This document shows positions 24,540 through 36,223 of a stretch of DNA of 64,000 nucleotides, in pieces; the stretch's first letter is position 1; each line of letters starts with the position of its first letter. Position numbers and translations under genes: made by a program. The notes below the pieces were generated by a model. It had not been told where the DNA came from, ran no database searches, and was given only the letters and a program-made list of their open reading frames with translations. Origin of the DNA: Cyanophora paradoxa CCMP329 (Eukaryota; Plantae; Glaucophyta); NCBI GenBank assembly GCA_004431415.1, contig QPMI01000593.1:1-64000 (forward strand). Direction: 5' to 3'.

Positions 24540-25244
24540 TGAATCCCAGTGATCCCCATTTTGAACACCTCCTTTCTAAGCATTTCCTTGAGTTTGGATC
24601 TCTCTCTCTTCTCAGTTACATACTGCTCTAAGGCACTTGACTTGGCTTCCAGATCTTTAAGCTTGGCAGTCATCTCGTCCCATTGAGCCTTGGGAACTCT
24701 ATGAATATTCTGGGTGGGAGCAGTCTTGTATGTGACTTCACCCGCCATAGACTGGATAACCTTGTCGGATTCTTTACTGAGACCCTCACCTTTCCGAGTG
24801 AGTGATAGATCTTGGAGCCCAAGACCTTTATCATCAGCAGCACCTATAATTCGCCTGGCACCCTCACCCACAGCCTTCATTTTAGAAGCTTCAGGGGAGA
24901 TGTTGAGCTGATCACTGGTGGACGTCTGTGGGGCTTTGTCATCAAAGGATTCCTCATAGGCGGCATTAAGGGGATCCTCTTGCTGTTGTGAGGGCTTAAC
25001 CTCATTCATTCCATTGAATTTAAGCGGGTCTGTGTTAATGGAGCCATTGTTACCACCACCTGAATAACCAACAGCCCCAGCAGGGATGCCTATTTTCCGT
25101 TTGGGGGGCATTGTGTCTTTATTAAAGTGAGAGATATTTTTATAGACCGCGTTTATATCGCATTAACTTATTACTATGAACTTGGCTTTTTACTTCTTTG
25201 CGCCCCTCTTCTTTCTCTGGTGGTTTAAGCTCATCTTCTTTCTT
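24540..25244 (-). other. Segment V: intronless, lower-GC, virus-like two-ORF fragment
   Basis: End of one ORF (...KKEDELKPPEKEEGRKEVKSQVHSNKLMRYKRGL* at 25140), a 28 nt AT-rich gap, then ATG at 25111 MPPKRKIGIPAGAVGYSGGG...KEVFKMGITGIQ (~190 aa, truncated). It is absent from the T4 copy. Confidence 0.6.
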
Positions 25245-26911
25245 AGGCCCAAGCTCTAATTTATATATAATATCATTAGCACAAGTACGAAAACCCGGAG
25301 AATTCCGAAACTTCCAGCTGCAGCCAAGAGCGTTCAATTGCATTTGCAAATTAAACAGCTCACAGGTATATGTATGCATATATACAGTGGACGTGTACCA
25401 GTGTGGTACGAGCTCAATCAGTAATCGCACTTGCCGCAGTAACCGCATTCCGCATCGCAGGCTGTGTAGTCCGGCTCCGGCACCGGATTCCATGGCTCGC
25501 AATCGGAATCCTTTAAAACATTTGCCCCGAATCGTTAGAGAAAAGCGATCACGATTAAAATCGATTAAGCTTAAGTATAATCAATTTGATTACTCACCAG
25601 GTTTCCACTGCCTTCAGTCCATCGCTTTTGGCCGAGTCGTGTGATGTGCTCCTTTAACTCTTCGATCGATTGCAGCTGTCGCCCGTCGATTTCATCTATC
25701 TTGATTACTCTGAGTATCGAAGCTGCATATTTCTCTGCCCATGCTACCCGAGGCAGGCGCATCTGCTCACAAATAGAATCGTCAGCTCATGATCATGATC
25801 ACTGAGTCACCAGTGAGGATCAGTGAGAGGACATCGGCAGTACCTCATGCCAGCGTTCGTAATCTTCAATGCAGAGATCTTCCGCTTCTTGGAAAACCAG
25901 CATATCTGGGAGAACAAGCTGGAGCATGTAGAGTATCGATTCCAATGCAATTGTCTGTGCAAGCTCATCAGAAGATCATTATAATCAAATCTAATGACCA
26001 TTAATATTGAATGAATAAGAGGATCGGCATCGAATATTTGGGCACCTTCTGCCCTTTAACGATGAACTCTTCGCTTTTGTTTTTCGTGATATCAAAATAT
26101 TTAACGGCGCCCTCCCACAAGCGACAGATCGGTGAGGATGGAGCGAAGGCCTCAACCTCGTTGGGCAGGACGATCAACTGAGAGCAGTTGTATCGCCTCT
26201 CCACTCCCGGCTCAATATCCTTGAAAAGGACGATGCGCGCTGATTTCAGCGCGTTTTCGAACTTCGAGCTCTCCTCGCCTACATATTTTGAGACGAGAGA
26301 CGGGAGACGCTGGAAAAGCGCCGCCATCGCCTCCTCCGAGGAAGGCGAGATGCGCTGAAATCCATCACGCTGCACAAGAGCGGCCGCGCATTGATCTAAA
26401 AAGGGAAGGGCCGCCTGATATGCTGCTGCACGGCTGCTGACCATGTGCGCGGAGGGAGCTGCAAACTTGATGTGCGGTTCGATGCCCATGCTTGCAATCG
26501 ACCTGCAAGAGTCGATCGATGTCGACGTCGCGGGCCGCTCTCGATCGAATTCTCTCTCCCGGCCCCTTCCGAGTTCGAATTTCCCGGCGCGGCCCGCGGC
26601 CGCTAGCTGCAATTTCTTTCGATCCTATATAGGCCCTTTCTTAAATTCTCAGCTAGCAATTCTCGATCTATATCAATTTTCGATCTCTAGCGTTCTCGAT
26701 CTATATCAATTTTCCCTCGAGCTGTTTCGAACTCCTTCAGCTTCTCACCTCTAGATCTCTTCTCATCCCCTCACCTCTCCCTCCTTCTCCCCCCCCCTCT
26801 TCTCACCCCCCCTCCCCCTCCCTCCCCAAGGCCAACCTCCGCTTCCTCGGCCGCCCGCCGACCGGGCATGGAATTCGCAGATCAAATTGTGGTTCAATAT
26901 CGGTGACGCGA

Positions 26912-27778
26912 TTAAACCTGAAGGCGCCGGCGGATGAAGAAGGTGCCGGAGCCGTCGACGAGGGCGGCGTCGGAGGCCCAGCTGAACGTCCTGTGCCACT
27001 CCTGCGCCCCGACCCGCCCCGGTGAGCGGCCGAGATTCAGCGATTTCGAAGGTAATTCTGGCGCGCACGGCGGCGTGCTCCGGGGTCGGCGGCGCGTGCT
27101 GCATCGCGAAGCTCGAGAGCACGATCTGCGGGCGCGGGCGCGCAAAATCAAATTTAAGCCACGGCCTGCTCCCCGGGGCTCTGCTGGGCGCGCCTCGAAG
27201 TCGGAGTTGAAGGCGAGGAAGGCCTGGAGGACGTACTGCTCGTTCGTGAAGAAGTGGTCCCGCACCCACCGCTCTGCGCCCCGCCCCGCGGAGTCGGGAG
27301 CCGGGCCCGGCCGGGGACGGCAGCGGAGGGCCGATGCGCACCGGGGTAGTGGAAGGGCAGGAAGATGTCTGCGCGGGGGCGCCGCGCCGGTCACGGTCAC
27401 GGCCGCTGGCCCAGCGATCGCGAGTCGGGCGGGTCGGAGCCCGCGGGGACGCACCGTGGAAGCCGATGATGACGCCGGGCTTCAGCCGCGGCAGCACGTC
27501 GTTCATCAGGTGCCTGCCTCGCCCCGGGCCCGCCCCGCCCCGGTCAGAGGAGGATTTTCGCGGACGTATTTCGCGCCCTCTGAATTTCGCGCGCCGGACG
27601 TCGGAGTCGATGTGGAGGAAGTGGGAGCAGTCGATGAAGAGGAGGTCGCCCGCCCGCAGGAACTGCCCCGGCCCCCGCCCTCGGGCCCCGCGCGCCGGGG
27701 CGGGGCGGGGCTGCAGCTGGGCGGGGCGGGGCGGCGCGGGCGCACGTCGGCGTACTCCTCGGGGGCGACGCGCTGCGC
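26912..27778 (-). pseudogene. Methyltransferase 3'-half duplicate (copy in T2)
   Basis: Near-identical to 30176-31042, with a 1 bp indel near 27186. Confidence 0.9.
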
Positions 27779-27805
27779 TGCTGCGTATGCTGGACTGCGC
27801 AATCT

Positions 27806-28509
27806 TGAATCCCAGTGATCCCCATTTTGAACACCTCCTTTCTAAGCATTTCCTTGAGTTTGGATCTCTCTCTCTTCTCAGTTACATACTGCTCTAAGGC
27901 ACTTGACTTGGCTTCCAGATCTTTAAGCTTGGCAGTCATCTCGTCCCATTGAGCCTTGGGAACTCTATGAATATTCTGGGTGGGAGCAGTCTTGTATGTG
28001 ACTTCACCCGCCATAGACTGGATAACCTTGTCGGATTCTTTACTGAGACCCTCACCTTTCCGAGTGAGTGATAGATCTTGGAGCCCAAGACCTTTATCAT
28101 CAGCAGCACCTATAATTCGCCTGGCACCCTCACCCACAGCCTTCATTTTAGAAGCTTCAGGGGAGATGTTGAGCTGATCACTGGTGGACGTCTGTGGGGC
28201 TTTGTCATCAAAGGATTCCTCATAGGCGGCATTAAGGGGATCCTCTTGCTGTTGTGAGGGCTTAACCTCATTCATTCCATTGAATTTAAGCGGGTCTGTG
28301 TTAATGGAGCCATTGTTACCACCACCTGAATAACCAACAGCCCCAGCAGGGATGCCTATTTTCCGTTTGGGGGCATTGTGTCTTTATTAAAGTGAGAGAT
28401 ATTTTTATAGACCGCGTTTATATCGCATTAACTTATTACTATGAACTTGGCTTTTTACTTCTTTGCGCCCCTCTTCTTTCTCTGGTGGTTTAAGCTCATC
28501 TTCTTTCTT
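27806..28509 (-). other. Second copy of virus-like segment V
   Basis: Matches 24540-25244 except for one fewer G in the run next to the start codon (~28370). Confidence 0.6.
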
Positions 28510-30175
28510 AGGCCCAAGCTCTAATTTATATATAATATCATTAGCACAAGTACGAAAACCCGGAGAATTCCGAAACTTCCAGCTGCAGCCAAGAGCGTTC
28601 AATTGCATTTGCAAATTAAACAGCTCACAGGTATATGTATGCATATATACAGTGGACGTGTACCAGTGTGGTACGAGCTCAATCAGTAATCGCACTTGCC
28701 GCAGTAACCGCATTCCGCATCGCAGGCTGTGTAGTCCGGCTCCGGCACCGGATTCCATGGCTCGCAATCGGAATCCTTTAAAACATTTGCCCCGAATCGT
28801 TAGAGAAAAGCGATCACGATTAAAATCGATTAAGCTTAAGTATAATCAATTTGATTACTCACCAGGTTTCCACTGCCTTCAGTCCATCGCTTTTGGCCGA
28901 GTCGTGTGATGTGCTCCTTTAACTCTTCGATCGATTGCAGCTGTCGCCCGTCGATTTCATCTATCTTGATTACTCTGAGTATCGAAGCTGCATATTTCTC
29001 TGCCCATGCTACCCGAGGCAGGCGCATCTGCTCACAAATAGAATCGTCAGCTCATGATCATGATCACTGAGTCACCAGTGAGGATCAGTGAGAGGACATC
29101 GGCAGTACCTCATGCCAGCGTTCGTAATCTTCAATGCAGAGATCTTCCGCTTCTTGGAAAACCAGCATATCTGGGAGAACAAGCTGGAGCATGTAGAGTA
29201 TCGATTCCAATGCAATTGTCTGTGCAAGCTCATCAGAAGATCATTATAATCAAATCTAATGACCATTAATATTGAATGAATAAGAGGATCGGCATCGAAT
29301 ATTTGGGCACCTTCTGCCCTTTAACGATGAACTCTTCGCTTTTGTTTTTCGTGATATCAAAATATTTAACGGCGCCCTCCCACAAGCGACAGATCGGTGA
29401 GGATGGAGCGAAGGCCTCAACCTCGTTGGGCAGGACGATCAACTGAGAGCAGTTGTATCGCCTCTCCACTCCCGGCTCAATATCCTTGAAAAGGACGATG
29501 CGCGCTGATTTCAGCGCGTTTTCGAACTTCGAGCTCTCCTCGCCTACATATTTTGAGACGAGAGACGGGAGACGCTGGAAAAGCGCCGCCATCGCCTCCT
29601 CCGAGGAAGGCGAGATGCGCTGAAATCCATCACGCTGCACAAGAGCGGCCGCGCATTGATCTAAAAGGGAAGGGCCGCCTGATATGCTGCTGCACGGCTG
29701 CTGACCATGTGCGCGGAGGGAGCTGCAAACTTGATGTGCGGTTCGATGCCCATGCTTGCAATCGACCTGCAAGAGTCGATCGATGTCGACGTCGCGGGCC
29801 GCTCTCGATCGAATTCTCTCTCCCGGCCCCTTCCGAGTTCGAATTTCCCGGCGCGGCCCGCGGCCGCTAGCTGCAATTTCTTTCGATCCTATATAGGCCC
29901 TTTCTTAAATTCTCAGCTAGCAATTCTCGATCTATATCAATTTTCGATCTCTAGCGTTCTCGATCTATATCAATTTTCCCTCGAGCTGTTTCGAACTCCT
30001 TCAGCTTCTCACCTCTAGATCTCTTCTCATCCCCTCACCTCTCCCTCCTTCTCCCCCCCCCTCTTCTCACCCCCCCTCCCCCTCCCTCCCCAAGGCCAAC
30101 CTCCGCTTCCTCGGCCGCCCGCCGACCGGGCATGGAATTCGCAGATCAAATTGTGGTTCAATATCGGTGACGCGA

Positions 30176-32480
30176 TTAAACCTGAAGGCGCCGGCGGATG
30201 AAGAAGGTGCCGGAGCCGTCGACGAGGGCGGCGTCGGAGGCCCAGCTGAACGTCCTGTGCCACTCCTGCGCCCCGACCCGCCCCGGTGAGCGGCCGAGAT
30301 TCAGCGATTTCGAAGGTAATTCTGGCGCGCACGGCGGCGTGCTCCGGGGTCGGCGGCGCGTGCTGCATCGCGAAGCTCGAGAGCACGATCTGCGGGCGCG
30401 GGCGCGCAAAATCAAATTTAAGCCACGGCCTGCTCCCCGAGGCTCTGCTGGGGCGCGCCTCGAAGTCGGAGTTGAAGGCGAGGAAGGCCTGGAGGACGTA
30501 CTGCTCGTTCGTGAAGAAGTGGTCCCGCACCCACCGCTCTGCGCCCCGCCCCGCGGAGTCGGGAGCCGGGCCCGGCCGGGGACGGCAGCGGAGGGCCGAT
30601 GCGCACCGGGGTAGTGGAAGGGCAGGAAGATGTCTGCGCGGGGGCGCCGCGCCGGTCACGGTCACGGCCGCTGGCCCAGCGAGTCGGGCGGGTCGGAGCC
30701 CGCGGGGACGCACCGTGGAAGCCGATGATGACGCCGGGCTTCAGCCGCGGCAGCACGTCGTTCATCAGGTGCCTGCCTCGCCCCGGGCCCGCCCCGCCCC
30801 GGTCAGAGGAGGATTTTCGCGGACGTATTTCGCGCCCTCTAAATTTCGCGCGCCGGACGTCGGAGTCGATGTGGAGGAAGTGGGAGCAGTCGATGAAGAG
30901 GAGGTCGCCCGCCCGCAGGAACTGCCCCGGCCCCCGCCCTCGGGCCCCGCCGGGCGGGGCGGGGCGGGGCGGGGCTGCAGCTGGGCGGGGCGGGGCGGGG
31001 CGGGCGCACGTCGGCGTACTCCTCGGGGGCGACGCGCTGCGCCGGCTTCTTGATGATGCCCGTCAGCCCGGGCAGCTGTGCCGGGCCGGCGTGAGAATTA
31101 ATGTAAATTTCGCGAGCGGCCGGCGTGAAAATTAATGTAAATTGAAAGAGGACGGTGATCATGAATTCGAACGAATTTCGCGCGCCTTCGAGAGGTGGGC
31201 CGCGTTGTGCGGCTGCAAAAAATACCGATCACGTCAGTTCTGCGTATCAAGGCCAGCGCGAAACGCGCGTTTCGCGCCTGGTCCGGGTAGGGCTCGATCG
31301 CGACGAGCTCCGCGGGGGTACCCTCCTTCGCGTTCGCGCCGAGCGCGCCCGCCTCCACCAGCGTTGAGGAGCCCGACCCCACCTGCCGAGACGCACGTCA
31401 GAATTTCCGACAAGATCAAATTAAGCTTTCGCTGGGGCGCGCCTCCATGACGCGGCGGGGCTTGAAGTGGCGGATGACGCAGTGGAGGACGGAGGCGTCG
31501 AGCGGGTTAAAGAAGCCGTTCTTCGCGAAGTACTCGTACGCCTGCCCGCGGCCGGCCGGGCACGCCCCGCTCCGAGATTTAGACCCGGCCGGGCCGGCGG
31601 GGCGGGGCGGGCGGACCTTGCCGGTGCTCTCCCTGGGGAAGGCGTCGTACTCGGCCTTGTAGCGGCGGCACCCCTCCCGCACCAGCTCCAGCTGCGCGGG
31701 GAAAAAGAATTAGTTTCAGGATTTTAGAGCAGGCAGGCCGCGAAATTAAACCTCGAGCCTAATTATATAACAGCAAACGCGCGCGGGGCACCTGCTCGTC
31801 CCAGTGCCAGTTGAGGCCGGGGACGGCCATAGGCTTGCTCCAGCGCGAGGGCCCGATGGTCTTGCCGCCCTCGAAGAGCGACGCCGGCAGGCCCGTGACG
31901 TTGGGGACGGAGGAGTAGTACGAGACGGGCTGCAGGTGCACGCCATGCCGCTCCCAGACGGGGAAGAGGTCGACGCCCTCCGCGAAGGCCGAGAGGAGCG
32001 TCAGCCGGTGGCTCTTCGCGAAGAGCTTCGCGTGCTCCTCCGGCTGCAAAGTTCAATTAGATAAGATTCGCTTAAGACGTTTAAGTCAAGTAGCTCTTAT
32101 AGTATGCACCTGGCCGAGCATGAAATCCACGAACGCCTCCTCGAGCTCGGCGCCCGAGCCCGCGCCGGAGGCCGGCCGCGGCATCCGCACCTGTCCGTGG
32201 TCGTCGTCTGCGCCCCCGGCCGCGCCAGCGACCGCAGCTGTCATGAAAGGCGAGAGCGGGGCTCGCGCGCCGCGCGGGGACGCCGGCGCGCGAGCTCCGA
32301 GCCACTGATCATGATCATGACCGCGCGCGCGCGCGCACCGGCGAAACGCGCGCCGGTTCCCGGGCGCTCGAATGCAGGACGCGCGCGGAGCTCCGCGAAG
32401 ATCGCGCCGACCATGAACCCGGCAAGCACGAGCAGGGCCGAACGCGCAACGCCCGCACTGGGCCCGCGCCCCGCGCCCAT
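30176..32480 (-). CDS. Class I SAM-dependent methyltransferase (Methyltransf_24-like) with an N-terminal membrane anchor; ~13 exons
   Basis: ATG at 32480 MGAGRGPSAGVARSALLVLAGFMVGAIFAEL. Later exons read VSYYSSVP; NGFFNPLDASVLHCVIRHFKPRRVME|VGSGSST (motif I); VAIEPYP; AGDLLFIDCSH; DVLPRLKPGVIIGFH|DIFLPFHYP; NEQYVLQAFLAFNSDFE; GSGTFFIRRRLQV*. Confidence 0.88.
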
Positions 32481-33007
32481 GCCGGCGGTTACTCCGGACT
32501 CTCGCTTGCTTGCAAGCGCTCGCTCGCTTGTACGTCGGTTCTCCTGTAGCTGCACGCTAGCGGCGGCGTCTGCGCTGGCGCTGCAACTGCAGCGCGGCGC
32601 AAAAGTGGTTTTCAAATAGAATGACCAGATGAGAGGACGTGCGCGTACTACGGTAGCGAGCTCGAGCCAGCTATAGCTATCTAGAGGAAACACAGAAAGT
32701 GGTTTTTTCGATCGCGATCGCAGTCATGCGAGGCAATCCCGCGGAGCTCTTAGCAAGGCAATCCCGCGCGCCCCCGGGCCCGGACTCCGGGAGCTAGTAG
32801 CGATCGAGCCCTTCCCAAAGTCCCAGGCCCTGCCAGGCTGGCCCGCCCGCCCGCGGCGCGCGGCCCGGCGGCCGGCGCTTCAAGGCTTGGAACAGTTTTT
32901 TCGCAGCCCGGCCCATAACGCAAAATCACCGCGCAAAATCTTCACTGGCTAGCTAGCCGTCCACCGACGGTCGTCTTTAAATTCAGCTATAGCTAGCCTG
33001 CAGAGCA

Positions 33008-33152
33008 CGACGCGCGAAATCCCGCGGGCGCAAAATTCGGCCGCAAAACTACCGGCTGACGGGGGCGGGGCGGGCCCGGGCCGGGGCGGGGCAGGCACCT
33101 GATGAACGACGTGCTGCCGCGGCCGAGGCCCGGCGTCATCGTCGGCTTCCAA
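33008..33152 (+). pseudogene. Diverged, inverted single-exon fragment of the methyltransferase with its upstream intron
   Basis: cag|gcacctgatgaacgacgtgctgccgcggccgaggcccggcgtcatcgtcggcttcca = HLMNDVLPRPRPGVIVGF, versus HLMNDVLPRLKPGVIIGF in the intact gene. Confidence 0.8.
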
Positions 33153-33391
33153 CCGTGCTAGAAATGAAGCGTTGACTAGAGATTTCGCCAATTCAATTCG
33201 ATTTCTGCGGGATCGCAACTGGCGGGCACTGCTCGCTGCATCGCTTCCTAAAGCGAGCGTAGCGCCAGCGACGAGTTTTGCATTTCAAACTAACCACACG
33301 ACGCGAGACATCCGCGATTCCTCGGGGCGGCAGTCCGCGCGTGGCGGGGCGGGGCGGCCAGGACGCGCGTGGGGGCGGGAGGCCGCGGGCG

Positions 33392-35253
33392 CTAATACCT
33401 CCGCCATCCGGTGGAGGAGGACGAGGGCGGCCTGGGTACGTACGTGAACGTGCGGCGGGGGCCGCCGCCGCCGCCGCGCGACATCAGGCGGAAGAGGATG
33501 CCGGCGGCTAGGCCGAAGCCGGCGCCGCCCAGGTGCGCCGCGTGGCCCGCCATGCTGGTCCCGGGGTGCATGGCCCTGCGCGCGCGGCGCTCAGAGAAGA
33601 GGGGCGGGGGCGGGGGGGGGGAGGGGGGGAGGGGGAGGGGAGAGGCGGACCCGCGGAGGTCGTACATCACGAAGAGGGAGCACGCTGCGCGGCGCGGGTC
33701 AGCGGGGAGCGGGCAGGCGGACCCGGGGCGCGAGCCGCAAGGCGGCGGAAGGGCTCGTGGCTACCAATCCAGGCGGGGACGGGGATGAAGATGAGCTGCG
33801 GGGGGGGGGGGGGGGGGGGGGAGCGTGAGAGCGGGGCGGCGGTCGGGTGGCCGGGGTACGGATTCACCATGAAGGTGGCGGTGGGGCAGAGGACGGCGAA
33901 GAAAAGGGACCTGCGCGGAGTCGAGCCGGCGCGACGGAGGCGGGGGTGGGTGGGGGGTACATGGCGTTGATGGCGCCGGAGGCGCCGAGGGCGGGCGCGT
34001 AGGCGTGAGGAAGGCTGAAGGTGCGGCCGGATCGGTTCATTACCTGGGGCGGGGTACGCGCGATCGGGAACGGAGGGTACGGGCGAGGGGAGGGGGTACG
34101 GACGCCGAGCACCTGCCACGCGCAGTGGGCGATCGAGCCGGCGACTGCTCCCCCGATGTAGAGCATCAGGAGGCGCCGCGCGCCCAGGATGGGCGCCAGG
34201 CCTCTCCCGAAGGTGTACAGGGCAAGCATATTCTGAGCGGAGCCAGCGGAGTCGGCGGAGCGGGGTACAAGCCTAGCTTCTTAGCTTCTTAGCTTCTTAG
34301 CTTATTAGCTTATCGTAGCTGCCTTAGCCATATGACGCGCGGGCGCACGAAAGCCATGTGGAGTGGGTGGCGGTGCGCGAAGGCGGCCGTCAGGAGGGTG
34401 TAGATGCGGCCCTCGTAGACCTGGTCGGCAGACACCTGCCGGCCGGGCCGGGGCTGAGCGGCGCGCCGCGAGGGGCCGGGAGAGGCGGGGCGGGGCGGGG
34501 GTACCGAGAAGTGCCGGTACATCGTGTATAGGTCAGGGTACCTGACGCCGGCGTCGGCGTCGGCGGCGGCGGCGCGCGCGAGCGGCCTCGCACCAGGGCT
34601 GCCCTGTGCCCTGCCGCCGGCCTTCTGCTAGCTGAAAGCCCGCGAAAACGACTGCACGGCAGCGTCAGAAAGTATAGTGCGGCAGAACTAGATCTAGAGC
34701 TAGACAGCTGCAGCAGGCCGGGGCAGACTTAGACCCCGCGCCGCCGGCCGCGGGCAGGGAGGCCGAAGCGCTCGGCGTCGGCGCTGGACTGAACGGGGCG
34801 CACGGCAATTGACACCCAGAAGCGCCCAGACGACGCTCTCGGGATGCTCCTCAAAGTAGCTGCGATGCGCGACGCGGTTCGGGTGCCGGTCCGACGGCGG
34901 GAGGGCAAGCGGTACGCGCTGCGTCCACAAGCGCACCTCGGTTCTCTGTATCCGTTGCCGTACGTGTTGTATTCGCGACGACCGCCGTCCGAGCCGCCGT
35001 CGTATCTGCTGGAAGCTCGCAGCGGGCTAATGGCCTTCGCGTGCCGCCAGAGCGCTGCTCGAGACACGAAGGGTCTCGCGCCGGCGGCGACGCTAGCGAG
35101 CTGTGGGCACGCGAAGGCACGCGCGGCCGCGGCTGAGGACAGGCTGAGGGCTGACGGCCACGCCCGCGCCCCGGGGCCGGCGAGAGGAGCAAGTCCCGCC
35201 GGCGCCGCGCTGCACGCGCCGGCGGCTCTCGCGACGGCCCGCAGCGACAGCAT
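33392..35253 (-). CDS. Rhomboid intramembrane serine protease, mitochondrial PARL/Pcp1-like
   Basis: Ala/Arg/Ser-rich presequence from ATG at 35253. Core motifs are GRIYTLLTAAFAHRHPLHMAF|NMLAL, the catalytic GASGA and AAHLGGAGFG. Stop at 33392. Confidence 0.88.
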
Positions 35254-36223
35254 TTCGGCAGCAGGGGGGCGGAGAACGGGGTACACAGGAGCAGCTCGAA
35301 ACTTAACAAGCGCGGCGCCGAGCGCGTTCAGCTTGTTCAGCGCTTTCGGCCGCGGTGCTCTTAGCGCGTTCATTCATGTTTTTCGGAGCCAGCGGCCGCC
35401 GTGCGATGCCCGTCGAGCGTTGGTCGCTCGCCGGGCATTCGCGAGGCGAAGAAGGACCACGTTCTTCAGGCTGGTAACGCCCATCCAATGGCTAATCGGT
35501 GTCACGAACGTGCACACGCCTGCTCCTCGCCGCGATCGCTGTCGATCGCGCCTTCCGCTCGACGCACTCCGCCTCGACACGCAGATCGGAGCTGCGCGCT
35601 TGTGTCCAGACCATTCAGCTAGCTCGACCCGGCTGCAGAGTTCGTCTTGGATCCTTCCGTCCAAGCGCTTGTCTTTGGATCGCGAAACGTGTCAGCATGG
35701 CAGGTCTTACCTTCTGCGATTCCCTTGCAGATTGTAAGCTGTAGCTCTTCTTTTTATTTCGCTCACTCGCATCATCCGCGTCCCCGGTCTCTTTTTCCTC
35801 CGCGCCCCCATCCGCGTTTCAGTGTTTCCACGGAAGAGTGAAGTAGGAGTGAGGGCCGCCCTGATGGGTGCTTGTACTTCACTTCTTTATGTCTCTTCCA
35901 AGATCAATCCCGAGCTCCCGGCAAGCGTATTGCTCCGCCTTGAGCTTGGGTAGCATATACAAAGAGCAGGCTTGGCCTCTTTAATGGCCGCGCCTGCGTC
36001 ATAATATGCGCACATCTCTTTCTTCTCAGAGTCTAGATCTGTTCCTTTTGACATTTTTCATACTTCGCTATTCTGTAATCTCGTTGTGTTCAGTGAATTG
36101 GTTGTTTTTGCTGCCCCACACCCGCTGGCTCGCCTCCCCGGCCCGGCCCAATTGAATGCGCACAAACGGGATATATACGATTCAATTTGATACAGGGCTC
36201 CCGGATGCCGGATCGGTGGCGGC

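Larger units (their letters stand above)
20540..25520 (-). mobile_element. Helitron-like composite unit T3 (E-V-J-MTase3'-intergenic-geneX-unique-hairpin-CTTG), head-to-tail with T4
   Basis: It starts TGTTTTAAAGG at 25520 directly after target A. It ends GGGGGGCTTGCCCCCCTGCTTG at 20540, followed immediately by the TGTTTT start of T4. Confidence 0.5.
25521..28785 (-). mobile_element. Helitron-like unit T2 (E-V-J-MTase3'-intergenic-geneX), with no 3' hairpin of its own
   Basis: It starts TGTTTTAAAGG at 28785, joined to ...GGGGCAAA| in the gene X intron. The uninterrupted site in T3 reads GGGGCAAA|TACTC, i.e. an A|T site. Confidence 0.45.
22235..31042. repeat. Tandem segmental repeat with a ~3.27 kb unit (starts at 22235, 25521, 28786); a partial fourth copy lies at 18839-20539
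   Basis: TTTGCCCCGAATCG recurs at 22235/25521/28786 (periods 3286 and 3265). The third unit merges into the intact MTase gene at 31042. Confidence 0.97.
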
